Shown: positions 1-11,240, numbered from the stretch's first letter. The stretch is 64,000 nucleotides of DNA from Vairimorpha necatrix (GCA_036630325.1 CP142737.1:868001-932000), one strand, 5' to 3'. Notes: generated from the letters alone by a model not told the origin. Numbers and translations are program-made.

Positions 1-844
1 AAAAAGTATGTAGATAAGAAACAGGGCAAATTGTTGACTATCAGTAAAAGCAAATGTTTTTTTAGAATGTCTCATGTCTAGATCCAAGAACTATGATGGT
101 AGGTTAAAATCGTAATGAATGTACAAAATTGTTGTGAAAAAACTAAAGTTTTAATACGAAATTAAAGTCGCTATTTGGAGTGCAATGTGCAGTTTTGTCG
201 CAAAAACCCCCAAAACTTAGAAGTCAATAAGATTGAATATAATGGGCCATTTAGATATTTCTTGATATTAAAATTAAAAACGAAACAATCTGCATAATTT
301 TTTTTGCACATGTGTTAGAAATTTTGTATAAGTTAAATAATAAATTTAATTATCTTGAAAACATTCATAATTACTGTCTAATAAAGCAATATGTTTTCAA
401 TCATGAAGTTTTTCCTTATAAATCTGTAAGGTTTGAGATAAAGACGTTGTAGTTCTTGGAGGATCAAATTATAAAAATTTGTTATTGTAAAAATATACGT
501 CTAGAAATTATATTAATCGATAAGCCGTTAATTAAACGTTTTATGAGTATTGTCGAAATAATAAGGTAAAAATGATTTATTAATAGATATAATTAAACCG
601 TAGAAAGTATTATTTAGAACTTGTGAATATCTCATCTGTTATGTGATACTTTTGACCTGATTTTGATTATTGATTTATAAAAAATAAATCCTTTTTCGAA
701 CAACAATAAAATTAATAAAAAAATAAAAGTAAAAGCTAGTGTTTTATTCATTTGTATTGGTTGTATATTTTTTTAAGCACTTTATAATATTACTTATTTA
801 GTTTTTTAAAATATATATATATGTCCTTTTTGCATCCCATTATT

Positions 845-1393
845 ATGAAATTATTGTTATTAGTAAAATTGCTAAAAATAGTCAAATCTATTGATGTACC
901 AGGACCTATATTTGTGTCCAAAATAACATATATTATAGGATTGGAAACATACGAACAAAGGAAAATATTGAAAAATATATATTTATGTTTCAATGAAAAA
1001 GTTGACGAGAAAACACTTTTATTTGTCGCTGCAAGTTTACATAATACATCTAATTTTACTGTGTTTTCTTTGCCTCGTATGTGGGATAAGTATAAAAGTA
1101 GAGGATTATTGCAAATATGTTTTAAGCGTAATTATCAAAAACTTACTGATTTATCGAGCACATTTAATTATGTAAAAACACCAAATATGTTAAATAGTAC
1201 TGATAAAATAGTGATTGGCGATTGTATAAGATTTTTTGAATATAAATTATCTAATTGCTATACTTTTGAAAATTACGTAGAATCTATGGGACTAGGTGAG
1301 TATGAAAACATAAAGTGTAGAAGTGATATATTAAACTTTAAAGGAATCTATATAAAACTATGTGAAGCTTTTTTGGTGAAATTGTATAATTAA
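845..1393 (+). CDS. GH19 chitinase/lysozyme-fold-like secreted protein, probably catalytically inactive
   Basis: ORF 821..1393; likely start is ATG 845 after a CCC motif, followed by a hydrophobic N-terminus. Motifs FVAASLHNTSNF and YKSRGLLQI..KRNYQKL resemble GH19 FLAQ..HETG.F and Y.GRG.IQLT...NY. Confidence 0.6.
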   Translation: MKLLLLVKLLKIVKSIDVPGPIFVSKITYIIGLETYEQRKILKNIYLCFNEKVDEKTLLFVAASLHNTSNFTVFSLPRMWDKYKSRGLLQICFKRNYQKLTDLSSTFNYVKTPNMLNSTDKIVIGDCIRFFEYKLSNCYTFENYVESMGLGEYENIKCRSDILNFKGIYIKLCEAFLVKLYN

Positions 1394-1414
1394 ATACTAT
1401 TTATGATGTATATG

Positions 1415-1680
1415 AATATTATTCTTATGTGATGACTTTGGATGTATAGTAACTAATTTAGAGAGCGAGCATACCAAAGAGCTCTAATTAGGACACAGAA
1501 TTGAAGCATATATACAAACAAGAGTCTTTTAAATAATTTTAGAATATTTGACCATATCAGTCAGACATGGGCTTGATACTGATCTGGAAGAAGTATTTGA
1601 GAGTCCATTGTGTGGGTTCCAGAAGGAACTCCGGGAACTGTCTAAGAGACTGTAAGCGTATCTTGTGAAGAGTAATTATC
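1415..1680 (+). mobile_element. 5'-truncated 3' end of an RLE-type non-LTR retrotransposon
   Basis: Clear nucleotide similarity to 62383-62614 (cagacatgggcttgatac, gagactgtaagcgtatcttgtgaa); starts at a degenerate YVMTWDG-like motif. Confidence 0.8.
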
Positions 1681-2856
1681 AAGTAAGATTTTATCTTATA
1701 CCTAAATAAAGTATTTTTGTTTTTCCTTTAAAAGTTTATCTAAAGACAATTTTGTTAGTAAAAATTTTGCCATATTAAATCATAAGAGAGTTTTAATTAA
1801 AGTTCAACTGTATTTTTACATAATGAGAACCTCAATAAACGACAATTTAGCAAATAATTTAGGTCTATTGACAGACAAGTTTTTTAAATTATACGATCAA
1901 ATTAGATCTTAATGATTACATTTTTTGTACTATGTGAATTTCTTTTCTTCTAACATTATAAAGAAGTTTTTATGTTCCTGAATCGTTAAAAACAATGAAG
2001 ATATCGGTATTTTTTATGTATATAGATTCGTCTTCACGTTTTATGGTTCTTATTCTCTCTTTTTTAATTATAGCGTCTTATTTTTTAAAAATAGTTTTTT
2101 TTTACTGTTCCGTTAAGAAATCAATTTAACTCGTTATTTATTATTTTTTAGACTCCATTTTTATTGACATTTTTTATAAATTTTTTTTTGCAAGAAAACT
2201 AATACTATGGGCTAATATAGACGGTTAGATAGGTTGCTTTTTCATCAGCTTCACTTTTGAGCCTTTACATATTTTTCATTGAGATTTGACTACATAATAA
2301 CTTAGTTCCAAAAAAAATAATAAATTTTTTCATTTATTTTTTCAGTTACAGAAAAAAAGAATTAAATTTATGCTAATTATTATTTTAATCCAATTATACA
2401 TTAGCAGTACGTTTTTTATATGAATTTTACAATTACTTAGTTTATGCGAGTTAAACGACATTAAATACCCATATATGAGAAAAAACATCATGTATGTTTG
2501 TGTCTACATCACAAAAGTAGATGTTATTACAATCGCATGCCAAATGTTTCCTATTGATATTTCAGTGCGTTAAGAAACAAACAATAATATACTGTAGAAA
2601 TATGTTTACAAATACAAAAGCAATAACCTTTTGTAAAATCGCGGAACAAATTTTAATCAAACACATTATATGAAAAATTTGTCAAAGAATAGTACGACGA
2701 TATTGTAAAAACCATAAGAAAGATTCGCAATATAGTCCACATTAACAATTATATATATATATAAATATTAAAAAAGTTAATTTTTTATAAAACTATCATA
2801 AAAATAGTAAACTCTTTATGATAGGGACATATCATATAACAAAATTTAAATCATCT

Positions 2857-3397
2857 TTAAATATTTATTGAGTAGGTACTACACAGCTTTTTAAAAATAT
2901 TCTCGAAATTTGATATGGCGATACTATATTTTTTTGACTCGTCTATAACTAGACCCATAGATTCTACATAATTTTTAATAGTAAAACATCCAAATAATTT
3001 ATCATCAAAAAAATTTTATACAATCTTTAATAGTCTTTTTAGAAATACTACAAAGTTGGTTTGGAATTTTAAGATAATTACGTTTTCCAGATAAAATAGT
3101 AAGTTTTTTATAATTCTCCTCAGATCCTATTTTTAACAATCCTCTACATCGATATTCATCAATTTCGCCATTTGAAAACACAGTAAAGTTGGAAGTGTTA
3201 TGTAAACTAGCAGCAAGAAATAGTAAAGTTCTCTGGTCTACTTTACCTTTAAAACACTTATAAATTATCTCTAAGATTTTTTGTTGATTTCTTGTTCTTA
3301 ATCCAACAAGAGATGTTATTACAAAAATAAAATCAGATTTTGACACATGAATAGATTGTATTGATAGAAAAAATTTGAAAATAATTATAAATTTCAT
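2857..3397 (-). CDS. GH19-like paralog split by a +1 homopolymer frameshift (pseudogene or assembly error)
   Basis: ORF 3005..3397 shares LAASLHNTSNFTVFS and RGLL with the first copy. Removing one T from the T7 run near 3007-3013 continues the frame as DDKLFGCFTIKNYVESMGL...KLCSTYSINI* to 2857, colinear with copy 1. Start context CCCTTTATG. Confidence 0.65.
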
Positions 3398-4576
3398 AAA
3401 GGGTGATTTTCGAAAATATCAAAAAGAAAATTATCGATCAAATATGTTATAAAGTTAAAATTTATTCAAAATTTATCGGTATGTTTTTTTATCTATGTAT
3501 TTTTTTTGATGAGTTTTTTGTTTCTAAAAATATTTTTTTTACCGATAAATTAAATTATCAAAAAAAAAATCGTTTTTTATCAGTATTTAAACTAAATTAT
3601 GTTAATAATTCATACTCCATTGAACTTTTCCTCTGTTTTCTATAGATTAGTTCTATACTCAAATTTAATATTTAGGAAGGGTTTATTAATATACAAGCAC
3701 TTTCAAAAATGCATAATTACATATTAGATACCACAGAAAAAATTTTAATTGATCATATTATTAATCCTCTTAGTCGGTATTTTCGTGTGAAGTCAACGTT
3801 CAATCTAAAAATTTTTGCATCTTTCAGCAAAATATCAATGCTTTCTGTTTGACAAAAATTTCTACCCCATAAAAAATATTTGTTAGTTACTAAAAAATGA
3901 CTTATATCGATTTGTTTATATAAATTTGACATGAGATATAATGGATGATAAATGATTAAAATCAAATATAATTTTATATTTGATGGGTAAACACGGATGT
4001 TATTTTTTATTTAAAATCTACAATTGAGATTGTATGCTTTCAAATTCTAAATTTTATTGTATAAAACTACAGTTCTATGCCTTTTCACTATTTATAACTC
4101 GTTTCAACCTAAAGAAATTATTATCAGATTTTTAATTGACTTACCGGGCACTGTAAACTTTGTTTTAATTAGTAGAATAAATCTCAATTATGCAAAGAAG
4201 TGTCAAAGTATAGTCACAATATTTTTTTTCAAGATAATACTAGGGAATTTTATTTATTGCAGTTGGTCGTGAAAGATCCCTAAATGTTTAAACAAAAGTT
4301 CTCTATATTGATTTAAAAGCTTAACAAAATATCATATTAATGCACAGTAAATGTATGGAATGTAAACCTTTCCTCTAAAATAATTCTGCTTCTTGTTATT
4401 TGTAATAATTTTTAGTTGAAATCATAAAAAAAACGAGAGTCAAATTGAGAGTATATTTGCAAATGTTACTTTTTTCAGAAGCGTAAGTACCAATTAGAGT
4501 CACAAAATAGTTTCAGTATTTTTTAGACAAATATACCTTAAAATTTAGCAGTCAAATCATTCTACATAAAAATTTG

Positions 4577-4606
4577 GGCTAAAAACAGCTTTAGTGTAAA
4601 AAAACT
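4577..4606 (+). mobile_element. Solo Merlin TIR fragment
   Basis: ggctaaaaacagctttagtgtaaaaaaact matches the first 30 bp of the TIR at 11694 with one mismatch. Confidence 0.7.
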
Positions 4607-4813
4607 ATTATTTTTCTATATTTAAATTCTCTTGGAACATGTTTTGTTTAATCAATATTAAAAAATGATTCAACAATAACAAGCATCTTTATTCATTTTA
4701 TAAATGTCATCCAAACCAATTAAATTACAAATCTAGTTCTCCAAAACACATTATACATGATTAAACAAACATTCATTTTTTTTTATATAAATTTTAGTAG
4801 GTAAACAAAACAA

Positions 4814-5299
4814 ATGCAAATATTTTTATTAATTTCGTTCATTTTCACAAAAACACAGATAAATTTCCCAGTTGAAGACAATAAACACTACGCCATAGTA
4901 TTTTTCGAATCACCTATTTTTATACACGATTACTCAATAATGTATAGCAAACTAGATGGAAAAGAAGAAAATTTCGTGTGTGAAGTTAGAGAAGCAGTTG
5001 GAAAAACTTGTAGTGAGATTAAAGTACCACTATCATTAATACAAAATCCGAGAGTAGAAAGGATGTATGGTATAAAAATTACGTATGAAAAAGAAGGTAA
5101 ACAAGATACAATGTATGCTGAATCTTTTAGGTATAATGAAAAAACAAGAACATGGTCTGTTAGTAGAGCATTTGAAGATGACCCTTGGTATATAAAAAAT
5201 TTATATTATATAGTAGGTGGGTCTGCATTTTTAGCTGTTGCTCTTGGTGGATATCTTTTAATAAGAAAGAAGAGACAAGATAATATTGAAACAATGTAA
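4814..5299 (+). CDS. Type I membrane protein of unknown function
   Basis: 161 aa; hydrophobic N-terminus, C-terminal TM segment LYYIVGGSAFLAVALGGYLLI, then a basic RKKR tail. Confidence 0.8.
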   Translation: MQIFLLISFIFTKTQINFPVEDNKHYAIVFFESPIFIHDYSIMYSKLDGKEENFVCEVREAVGKTCSEIKVPLSLIQNPRVERMYGIKITYEKEGKQDTMYAESFRYNEKTRTWSVSRAFEDDPWYIKNLYYIVGGSAFLAVALGGYLLIRKKRQDNIETM

Positions 5300-5906
5300 A
5301 TAAAGCAAAAAATTTTACACATCAAAAATATATTTTTTTATTTAAAAATGTTAAATTTAGTTTCTCTATTGAATTTTTACACATCAAAAATATATAATTT
5401 AGTTTCTACATTAATTTTTTCAAATAATATTAAACTTTCTGTATACGCTAAATGAGACATGATAAACTTATTATAAAAATTACCAATATGTTTCTAGCCA
5501 TAATTTTTTTTATTATTATAACAATTATATTCATTATTTAGTTGTAATTAAAAAATATAAAAAGATATAATTGGCACTTTAAATACCAAATGTTTCTTTT
5601 TTTCATCATATTTTCGTAGGATATCTAATATTTATTTGTTTTAAACTTTTTTCAAAACACATATAATATATTTGAATCAGCAAATTCAGGCTTACATAAA
5701 TTTACATGAACGCATAGAATTTTTCCATTCAAATCGCAGTAATGTCATTTTAAATTTAAATATCGAAAATATTAGAGTTGATTTAATGCAAAGAGTATTT
5801 GCAACAAAACTTATAATAAAATTCTTTTATATATGAGATAGTATAAGTAATTTAATATTCGAACATTATAAAATTACAAAATTTTTATTAATATCAAATT
5901 ATTTTA

Positions 5907-7103
5907 TTATAAATTCATTACAAATTCTTCTAGACATTCTTTATCTTTAAAATCCTTATTTATATTATGTAAAATATTATACGCTTCTTCTGAGTCATAA
6001 CAATGCAGAAGATAAAAACTTCTAAATATTTCAAATATTTTATCTTGACTCTTAAGCACAAATGTGTTAAGGCCGAATCTCTTGAAATCCACTAGGAATT
6101 TCTTAAAGAAGTCATCTTCTTGGATTTCTTTATTTAGTATTACACATAGTGTGTACAATATTATCTTAATATTATGACTCTCTTCTTGTTTATATAAGAA
6201 TATATAACATTGATATGACTCATAGTATTTCTTATTATTAAATAAATAGTCCGCATATTTATTTATATTATTTCTAAATATCTCATCATGACTTCCAGAC
6301 AAGTTTAGAGATTTAAAAATCTCTAAACTGTCTTCAAGCCTGTTATTTTTTATTAAAAATATTATATTGAAATCTGGCTGGTCTGTCTCTATGAATTTAT
6401 TATTAATAAAGTCTATCTCGAGACATCTTCTTTTATAAATATCTGGATTTATAATTTTGATCTTCTCTAGAATATTTTTATAATCTTCTCCTCTAAATAA
6501 ATCCAAGTAGAAGTTCAGATTATTGTCAAGAAGATTCTTGACTTTCTGATTTTTATGAAAATCCAGGATTTTTATGAAAATATCATAAATCTTTTCTGTG
6601 TCCTTATCTTTCGTATACACAGAAAGAATATGAATTAGTAAATTAATCTTAATTTCTTTACTCTTTATTTCTTCAAGTGACTCGGTCATCTTTTTTATTC
6701 TTTCTTGTTTGTCTTTGATTTTTAACATATTTTCATAAATCGTATCTTCGTCTATTTCATTTATTACTGTATTGATTATTTGTATTTCTTCTTCTTGGTC
6801 ATTTGTCTCAATATTCTTCTTTAAGAAATTGTCTATTAGATTTTTATTATTTTTCTGATATACTTTACTACTCAGTAGGAATTCCTCGATATATTGAGGA
6901 ATATCCAATTTCTCATATTTCTTTAGATCAGAAATAAATTTTTTTATATTTTTTGGATTCTTAATTAATTCATTTACTCTCGTTTCAAATTCCATTTGTA
7001 ATTTGTCTTTTTTTGATAATTTCTCGACTTGTTTTTGTGGAGTGGTGAATTTCTTCTTTATTTCTTTCTTTTCTTCTTCTAGATCATTGAAAAATCGAGA
7101 CAT
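5907..7103 (-). CDS. Probable reduced translation initiation factor eIF3 subunit c (Nip1-like)
   Basis: 398 aa; begins MSRFF, the characteristic eIF3c N-terminus; helical charged body; CCCTCATG start context. Confidence 0.55.
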   Translation of the reverse strand: MSRFFNDLEEEKKEIKKKFTTPQKQVEKLSKKDKLQMEFETRVNELIKNPKNIKKFISDLKKYEKLDIPQYIEEFLLSSKVYQKNNKNLIDNFLKKNIETNDQEEEIQIINTVINEIDEDTIYENMLKIKDKQERIKKMTESLEEIKSKEIKINLLIHILSVYTKDKDTEKIYDIFIKILDFHKNQKVKNLLDNNLNFYLDLFRGEDYKNILEKIKIINPDIYKRRCLEIDFINNKFIETDQPDFNIIFLIKNNRLEDSLEIFKSLNLSGSHDEIFRNNINKYADYLFNNKKYYESYQCYIFLYKQEESHNIKIILYTLCVILNKEIQEDDFFKKFLVDFKRFGLNTFVLKSQDKIFEIFRSFYLLHCYDSEEAYNILHNINKDFKDKECLEEFVMNL

Positions 7104-7362
7104 GAGGGTAAGAAAATATTTTCTTTTTTGTCAAATATAAAACAAATTGAACTTGTTTCAAGGAAAATATCTTTAACTATAATTTTTTACAATACTATAT
7201 ACATTTTTTAATATTGTCATTACTATATAAAATATCTTTTACTATAATTTTTTACAATACTATATGATTTTATAATATCTGTAATGTTTTCTTCGTAGTA
7301 TACATTACTATTAGATACTATTTATAGTTGATATTTTTATGTTTTCTTCATTATACCCTTCT

Positions 7363-7566
7363 ATGCTTCCACCTCTAGAATATCTCACATTATTTCTTAA
7401 CACTAAAATCCGTATACTCCTCAAAACTGGAGATATTTACTCTGGTATATTACAGGGAATTGATAGTCATATAAACATTCTACTATCAGAATATGAAGAA
7501 TCAAAGGAAGACACTGTCTTGTTTATAAGAGGGGAAAATATCTGCTTGATTGGCAATGAAGCATAA
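7363..7566 (+). CDS. Sm/LSm family protein
   Basis: Sm1 motif (KIRILLKTGDIYSGILQGIDSHINILL) and Sm2 motif (LFIRGENI); likely ATG 7363 after CCCTTCT. Confidence 0.85.
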   Translation: MLPPLEYLTLFLNTKIRILLKTGDIYSGILQGIDSHINILLSEYEESKEDTVLFIRGENICLIGNEA

Positions 7567-7924
7567 ATAAAAAATAAATGTTTTTTTTTTCATGGAGATT
7601 ATGCAAAAAAAAATTTATTTATATTTTTAGAAATGAGTTTGTTTGTTAAAACAAACAAAGTGTTTTAAAGAAGCATTCACCCAAAATAAACTAAAATAAA
7701 ATTAAACTAAAATTATTTATTACTACCCAAAATAAACTAAAATAAAATAAAATTATTTATTACTATAATATATATATCATATATATAAAATTATTTATTT
7801 CTATAAAATACACTGCAATATTATAATTTTATGCTTACAATACACATGTACAGTAAAATATCATATAATCCAATTTATATGTTAAGATTTAGTTTATATT
7901 TTCTTTCTTTTTTTTACCCCTTAA

Positions 7925-8485
7925 ATGACTAGAATCCTTACAGAAAGAAAGATTTCTATCCCTGGAGAATGTCAAGTCGACTTAACCAAAAAGTGTTTTA
8001 CTTTCACTGGTCCCAAGGGCAAATTAGTCCACGACTGTTCCAAATATCTCATGTATTTCACAGTCGAAGATTCAGAAATAGTCATCAGATTATGGCACGC
8101 CAAGAGGAAACAAATAGCCTTAGCTACTACAGTCACATCTCTATTAAGAAATTCTATTACTGCTGTTACTAAAGGCTTCTCTTATGTCATGAAAGCAGTG
8201 CATAAACATTTCTCTATAAATTTCGAGATAAAAGAAAATGGGAAAGTTTTACTAATTAAGAATTTTATGGGAGAAAAGGCGCCTAGAGAATTTAGAATGA
8301 AAGGACAAGCAGTAGTGAAAATGTTGCCTGAGAGGAAAGGGTGTATTAGTATTGAGGGGCCGTCTTTACCAGATGTGTCACAGACAGCGGGGGATATTAC
8401 TAATGCTTGTAGGGCTAAGAAATTAGACGCGAGATTATTTTTAGATGGAATTTATGTAGTAGAAAAGACTACTATGGTTGAATAA
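7925..8485 (+). CDS. RPL9: 60S ribosomal protein L9 (uL6)
   Basis: [28 protein letters not shown] and D.R.FLDGIYV motifs; CCCCTTAAATG start. Confidence 0.95.
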
Positions 8486-8753
8486 ACTTAATTTATTTAA
8501 TCATCTTAGACATGTAGTTTATGCATTATATATAGTTTATTTATGCAGCTTACATGTAGTGTATTATTTTATGCAGTATAAAATATAGTTTATGTATTAT
8601 AAAATATAGTTTATTTATGCAGTATTTACAAGTATTATAAAATATAGTTTATTTATGCAGCTTACGTATTTGTTTTAAATTTATGCAGTATATATAAGTT
8701 TTATTTGATATTACATTTTTATGCATTATAATATTATGATTAAATTATGTTTA

Positions 8754-9215
8754 TTAGTTTGTCTCGGTTTGTTTTCTTTGTACTTTCTTTTTATTCTCAT
8801 TCTCTTCTTCTTCTATTAATCCTCTATGCTTCTCAATAATCTTCATCTCATTCTCTTTATCTTTTTCTTTATTACTCAATATTCTATTTTTAATAAACAT
8901 ACTCTCTCTTTTACTTCTTATACATGATATCCTTGGTATAGCTTCTAGTGTCTTATTTACTACTTCTCTATCATAAATATTTGGTACTTGTAGTTTATGC
9001 TCAAATTCATATATTTTATCTTGTAGAAGTTCTTTCCCGCGTATTTTTCTGGAGATTTTTGTCCATTTGATTTTTCGTGGATTTTTACGCTTTTTAAATG
9101 CTTTTGAGCATTTTGATCTGCAGAATCTGAAGACAGTGGAGTCATTTCTGACGAAAACAGTGCCATGGCCGGGATAAATGTTACTTGAACAAAAGAAGCA
9201 TTTTTCTATTCTCAT
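8754..9215 (-). CDS. RLP24: Ribosome biogenesis protein RLP24 (eL24 family)
   Basis: MRIEKCFFCSSNIYPGHG..FVRND...FRFCRSKC...KRKNPRKIKWTK. Confidence 0.9.
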   Translation of the reverse strand: MRIEKCFFCSSNIYPGHGTVFVRNDSTVFRFCRSKCSKAFKKRKNPRKIKWTKISRKIRGKELLQDKIYEFEHKLQVPNIYDREVVNKTLEAIPRISCIRSKRESMFIKNRILSNKEKDKENEMKIIEKHRGLIEEEENENKKKVQRKQTETN

Positions 9216-9411
9216 TTTAACGGTAAGAAAAAAAAAATAAAATTTAAGAATTATGGATAATATTTAATAAGCATGAAATAATATTATGCATATTACATAC
9301 AGAGACATAATATTATGCATAATTATATAATACATACAGAGATATGATATTATGCATAAATAAAAAATAAAAGAAGAGACAAATTAGATCAATTATAAGT
9401 CTGTATCTTTT

Positions 9412-10812
9412 TTATTTGTTTATGTCAGTGAACTTACTCTTAAAGAATGTCAATCTGTCAATTATCTTCATTCCTTTCAAAATTATAGTACTGTTCTTGA
9501 CTTCACTAATTATCTTAATATTCCTCCCAAATACTAAGACACTGTTCTCTTCATATTTGTCTATAAGGATAATATAATTATATTCTGGGTATCTTCTCTT
9601 TCTATAAATTTCTATAAAAGACTGGGCGAATTTAATGTAGAAAACTAAATTATTAATCTTCTTACATTTTAATTTGTAAATTAAAATGTCATCTACCTTA
9701 CTCACATTGGCTATACTGTCCTTAATATTATATACAATCTCATAAATACTACTAATAGTACTAGTACTTATATTATCCTTGAAATTATCTAATAATAAAT
9801 AAGATCTAAGGCCCTTAGAAAGGAGACAATAATAACTCATAAGTAGAAAACAGTCTAAAGAAGACATTTTATAAGTGTGCCCTTTCTTTCTTATGAACTG
9901 TGTACTGAGATCTAATTTTCTATATATATATTTTCTGGATGTGTGGTCAAGATTCGAGTATCTCTCATTTGACTTGAGGAGACTCACCCCCTTTTTGGCC
10001 AGGAAACTTTTGATCTTCAGATCTTCTAAATCTTTCCTCTTCTTATAAATCAACTTATTATTAGAAATAAAGAATATGTCATGCTTGAGACTCTGGTATA
10101 AATTAGAATATTTCAAGAGAGGGAGATTTACATCTTTCTCTGTATGAATACCATCCTTGTCATGATATTCTATATTCCTTATCTCTATACATATCGTATT
10201 GTACATATCATTACACTCTGGGCATATTTCATTATTTATCTCATTCTCCTCTTCACTGTCTTCTTCTTTAATAGTCTGGTAAGGATATATCTTATAATAA
10301 TTATAAACCACTATGAGAGCCCAAAGGGAACTCTCATCTAGAGAATTAGTCTGCTTTAATAATCTGAACATATTAAATATTAAATCTAGTCTATTTATAT
10401 TACAAGTACATTTTACACTACTGAAAATAATTCTCTTATTATTTTCATCTTCTTTATTAAGAGTGTCTTTACTTGTTAAATATATGTAATCTCCTTCTAA
10501 ATCATCAAGTATACTATTTGATATATCTGATCTAGATTTATTTATATCTGATCTAGATTTATTAAGATCTGATCTAGATTTATTTAAATCTTGTTTAGAT
10601 TTATTTAAATCTTGTATATTCTTATTAGTGTCTAATCTTATATTTTGATCATCTATAAATACAATTTCATGTTTAATAACTTCTTTCTTAAGAAAACTTG
10701 TCAACATCCGCAAACTACATATAGAAATAACATCACACTCAACATATATCTTAATTGTACTTATCTTCTTGAGATAAGATAATAATTTCCGGGGGTCATT
10801 TGTAGTGAACAT
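9412..10812 (-). CDS. CDC45: Cdc45-like DNA replication initiation factor
   Basis: N-terminal IYVECDVISICSLRML resembles Cdc45 (LFVA.DVDALCACKIL); the block LPLLKYSNLYQSL...IKSFLAKKGVSL..SNERYSNLD resembles the Cdc45 HWSL.DS / FLA.MG..L.....F..MD region. Confidence 0.7.
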   Translation of the reverse strand: MFTTNDPRKLLSYLKKISTIKIYVECDVISICSLRMLTSFLKKEVIKHEIVFIDDQNIRLDTNKNIQDLNKSKQDLNKSRSDLNKSRSDINKSRSDISNSILDDLEGDYIYLTSKDTLNKEDENNKRIIFSSVKCTCNINRLDLIFNMFRLLKQTNSLDESSLWALIVVYNYYKIYPYQTIKEEDSEEENEINNEICPECNDMYNTICIEIRNIEYHDKDGIHTEKDVNLPLLKYSNLYQSLKHDIFFISNNKLIYKKRKDLEDLKIKSFLAKKGVSLLKSNERYSNLDHTSRKYIYRKLDLSTQFIRKKGHTYKMSSLDCFLLMSYYCLLSKGLRSYLLLDNFKDNISTSTISSIYEIVYNIKDSIANVSKVDDILIYKLKCKKINNLVFYIKFAQSFIEIYRKRRYPEYNYIILIDKYEENSVLVFGRNIKIISEVKNSTIILKGMKIIDRLTFFKSKFTDINK

Positions 10813-10845
10813 GGCCCTTGGTTTTAAGTTTTATAATATTTTTGA

Positions 10846-10870
10846 TTTTCCCGCCAAAAAAATTCCCGCA
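10846..10870. promoter_or_regulatory. Putative E2F sites upstream of CDC45
   Basis: TTTTCCCGCCAAAA (10846-10859), 34 bp upstream of the CDC45 ATG, plus a weaker ATTCCCGC at 10862-10869. Confidence 0.55.
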
Positions 10871-10905
10871 TGATTTGTGAGAAAAAATTGTCTATTTATA
10901 GTTTT

Positions 10906-10945
10906 AAAAATGACTTTGTTTGTTTAAACAAACAAAGTCATTTTT
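10906..10945. repeat. Perfect 40-bp palindrome
   Basis: aaaaatgactttgtttgttt|aaacaaacaaagtcattttt. Confidence 0.95.
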
Positions 10946-10965
10946 GCATTAATATTTATGCAAAT

Positions 10966-11240
10966 TTAATCTGTAAAATGTCATAAGATATTAGACAGCG
11001 TGTGTTTGAGTTCAAGAAAGGCGCATGATATTTCATAGATAAGCTTTATCTGTGAAATGTCATACAAAATAGACAGAATGTATTTAAGTTCAAGAAAGAC
11101 GCAAGATATTTCATAGATAAGATTAATCTGTCAAATATATAAGATATTAGCCAAAATTCTTTAAGTTTATAAAGGCGAAAATATTTCATATATAAGATTA
11201 ATCTTTGAAATTTTATAAGATATTAGACAGAATGCATTCT
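10966..11240. repeat. Degenerate ~78-bp tandem repeat, about 3.5 copies
   Basis: Units start near 10966, 11045, 11123 and 11198 (tt(a/t)atct..aaat...ttcaagaaag.cgca.gatatttcatagataag). Confidence 0.8.

Noticed and set aside
1-230. Possible piggyBac C-terminal Cys-rich remnant (..ECNVQFC)
   Set aside because: Too degraded and cut by the window edge; no TIR or TTAA identified.
8500-8750. tagtttatttatgcag-type repeats between RPL9 and RLP24, and short duplications at 7165-7265 and 7680-7765
   Set aside because: Low-complexity slippage duplications expected in AT-rich intergenic DNA.
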